Assembly (NCBI GenBank): GCA_043228905.1
Contig: JBHGNT010000017.1
Span: forward strand, 186,001-250,000
DNA length: 64,000 nucleotides
Direction: 5' to 3'
Source of the DNA: Azolla caroliniana
Lineage: Eukaryota; Plantae; Polypodiophyta
Shown: positions 63,171-64,000 of the stretch, piece by piece
Layout: the number at the start of each line of letters is the position of its first letter
Position numbering within the stretch: the stretch's first letter is position 1
Translations under genes and position numbers: made by a program
Notes under the pieces: model-generated
The model's database searches: none
Seen by the model: only the letters and a program-made list of their open reading frames with translations
Told to the model about the DNA's origin: nothing

Positions 63171-63955
63171 GATAAGATTTTGCAGTTCCCTGAAAGAGTT
63201 CATACGGTTACTATTATGAATGATGAAGCTACTATCTACAAATCTCTACACATTGACAATCCAGCCGCAAAAGCGATAGTTGGTTAGTTGTCCCTTAACA
63301 TAATTCTCTTTGCGTATTGTTCTTGACAGCATTGTTTGGGAAATATTGCGTGAGTTCTCTTTTCATGCATGAAATATAATAAGAAACCATGAGAAAACAC
63401 TGCAACCTCACAAGAGTTGAGTAGGAAAAAATTGATCAGTATGCTAACAAAAGAACTACACATTTTCCTTATAAATGTTTTTATTCCCATTCGGCAAACA
63501 TTCTAATAATACAAACCTCTTGTTGGAAATAAACCTTTCACTTTATGTAGTGGAAGTTGTGAGATAACACCTTATAAATGTGATTTATAAATATTTCTAG
63601 TAGGCAAGTTCGTATAATATGACTGTTATTTTAGTGAATGATGTGCCAATCTTTTTCTGGAGCTCTCCTTTTAGGGAGAAAACATGAAATGTTTAAGCTT
63701 CATGTCACTTTGTGTTCTTGTCTGTACAGATATATCGAAAGTTCAAGATGATGAGGTTGGAGATTGGATAACGTTAGTGGTCGTTCTAACATAGGAGCTT
63801 TTACGAGAAGCAGAAAAACTTAAAGCGAAAAACATACACCCCATGACCATCATTGAAGTTATTGTTTGCATCAATGTCAAACCTTCTACATTTCGATCTC
63901 TTTATCTAAATTCCTTTCTGTACGTAATGACTATGCCTATGAACGCAGGTTGGGA
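63171..63955 (+). pseudogene. CCT2: Chaperonin CCT beta (TCP-1 beta) gene fragment with introns
   Basis: Exon 63171-63282 DKILQ...VTIMNDEATIYKSLHIDNPAAKAIV. Exon 63730-63858 DISKVQDDEVGDWIT...T*ELLREAEKL...IHPMTII. In-frame TAG at 63792 and the GDGTT motif is destroyed. Confidence 0.88.
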
Positions 63956-64000
63956 CATCATATTGACATTAACATTTGCATACATTAAAAGTGATGCATA

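Overview
Plant nuclear DNA, probably from a non-seed plant such as a fern, lycophyte or bryophyte (inferred from Tcn1-like chromoviruses). About 42 kb (1-41.9 kb) is a nest of LTR retrotransposons whose order can be read from target-site duplications (TSDs). It holds three Tork/Tnt1-like Copia copies (A1, A2, D), two older Copia hosts (B, C), two chromodomain Gypsy elements (G1, G3) and several solo or partial LTRs. Next come a hAT-type MITE, another solo LTR and the only intact host gene, an arginyl-tRNA--protein transferase (ATE1, six coding exons, about 607 aa, one GC-AG intron). These are followed by an RT-deleted Gypsy (G2) carrying a 2-kb TIR element, and an intron-containing CCT2 pseudogene fragment. 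The most interesting signals are: co-varying self-priming PBS/R-region complementarity and a conserved -1 frameshift hairpin in G1 and G2; an ArgRS-N-terminal-like insert in ATE1; a TIR element whose target site copies its own TIR motif; and mosaic, gag-swapped Copia copies. All comparisons were made by eye; no database searches were run.
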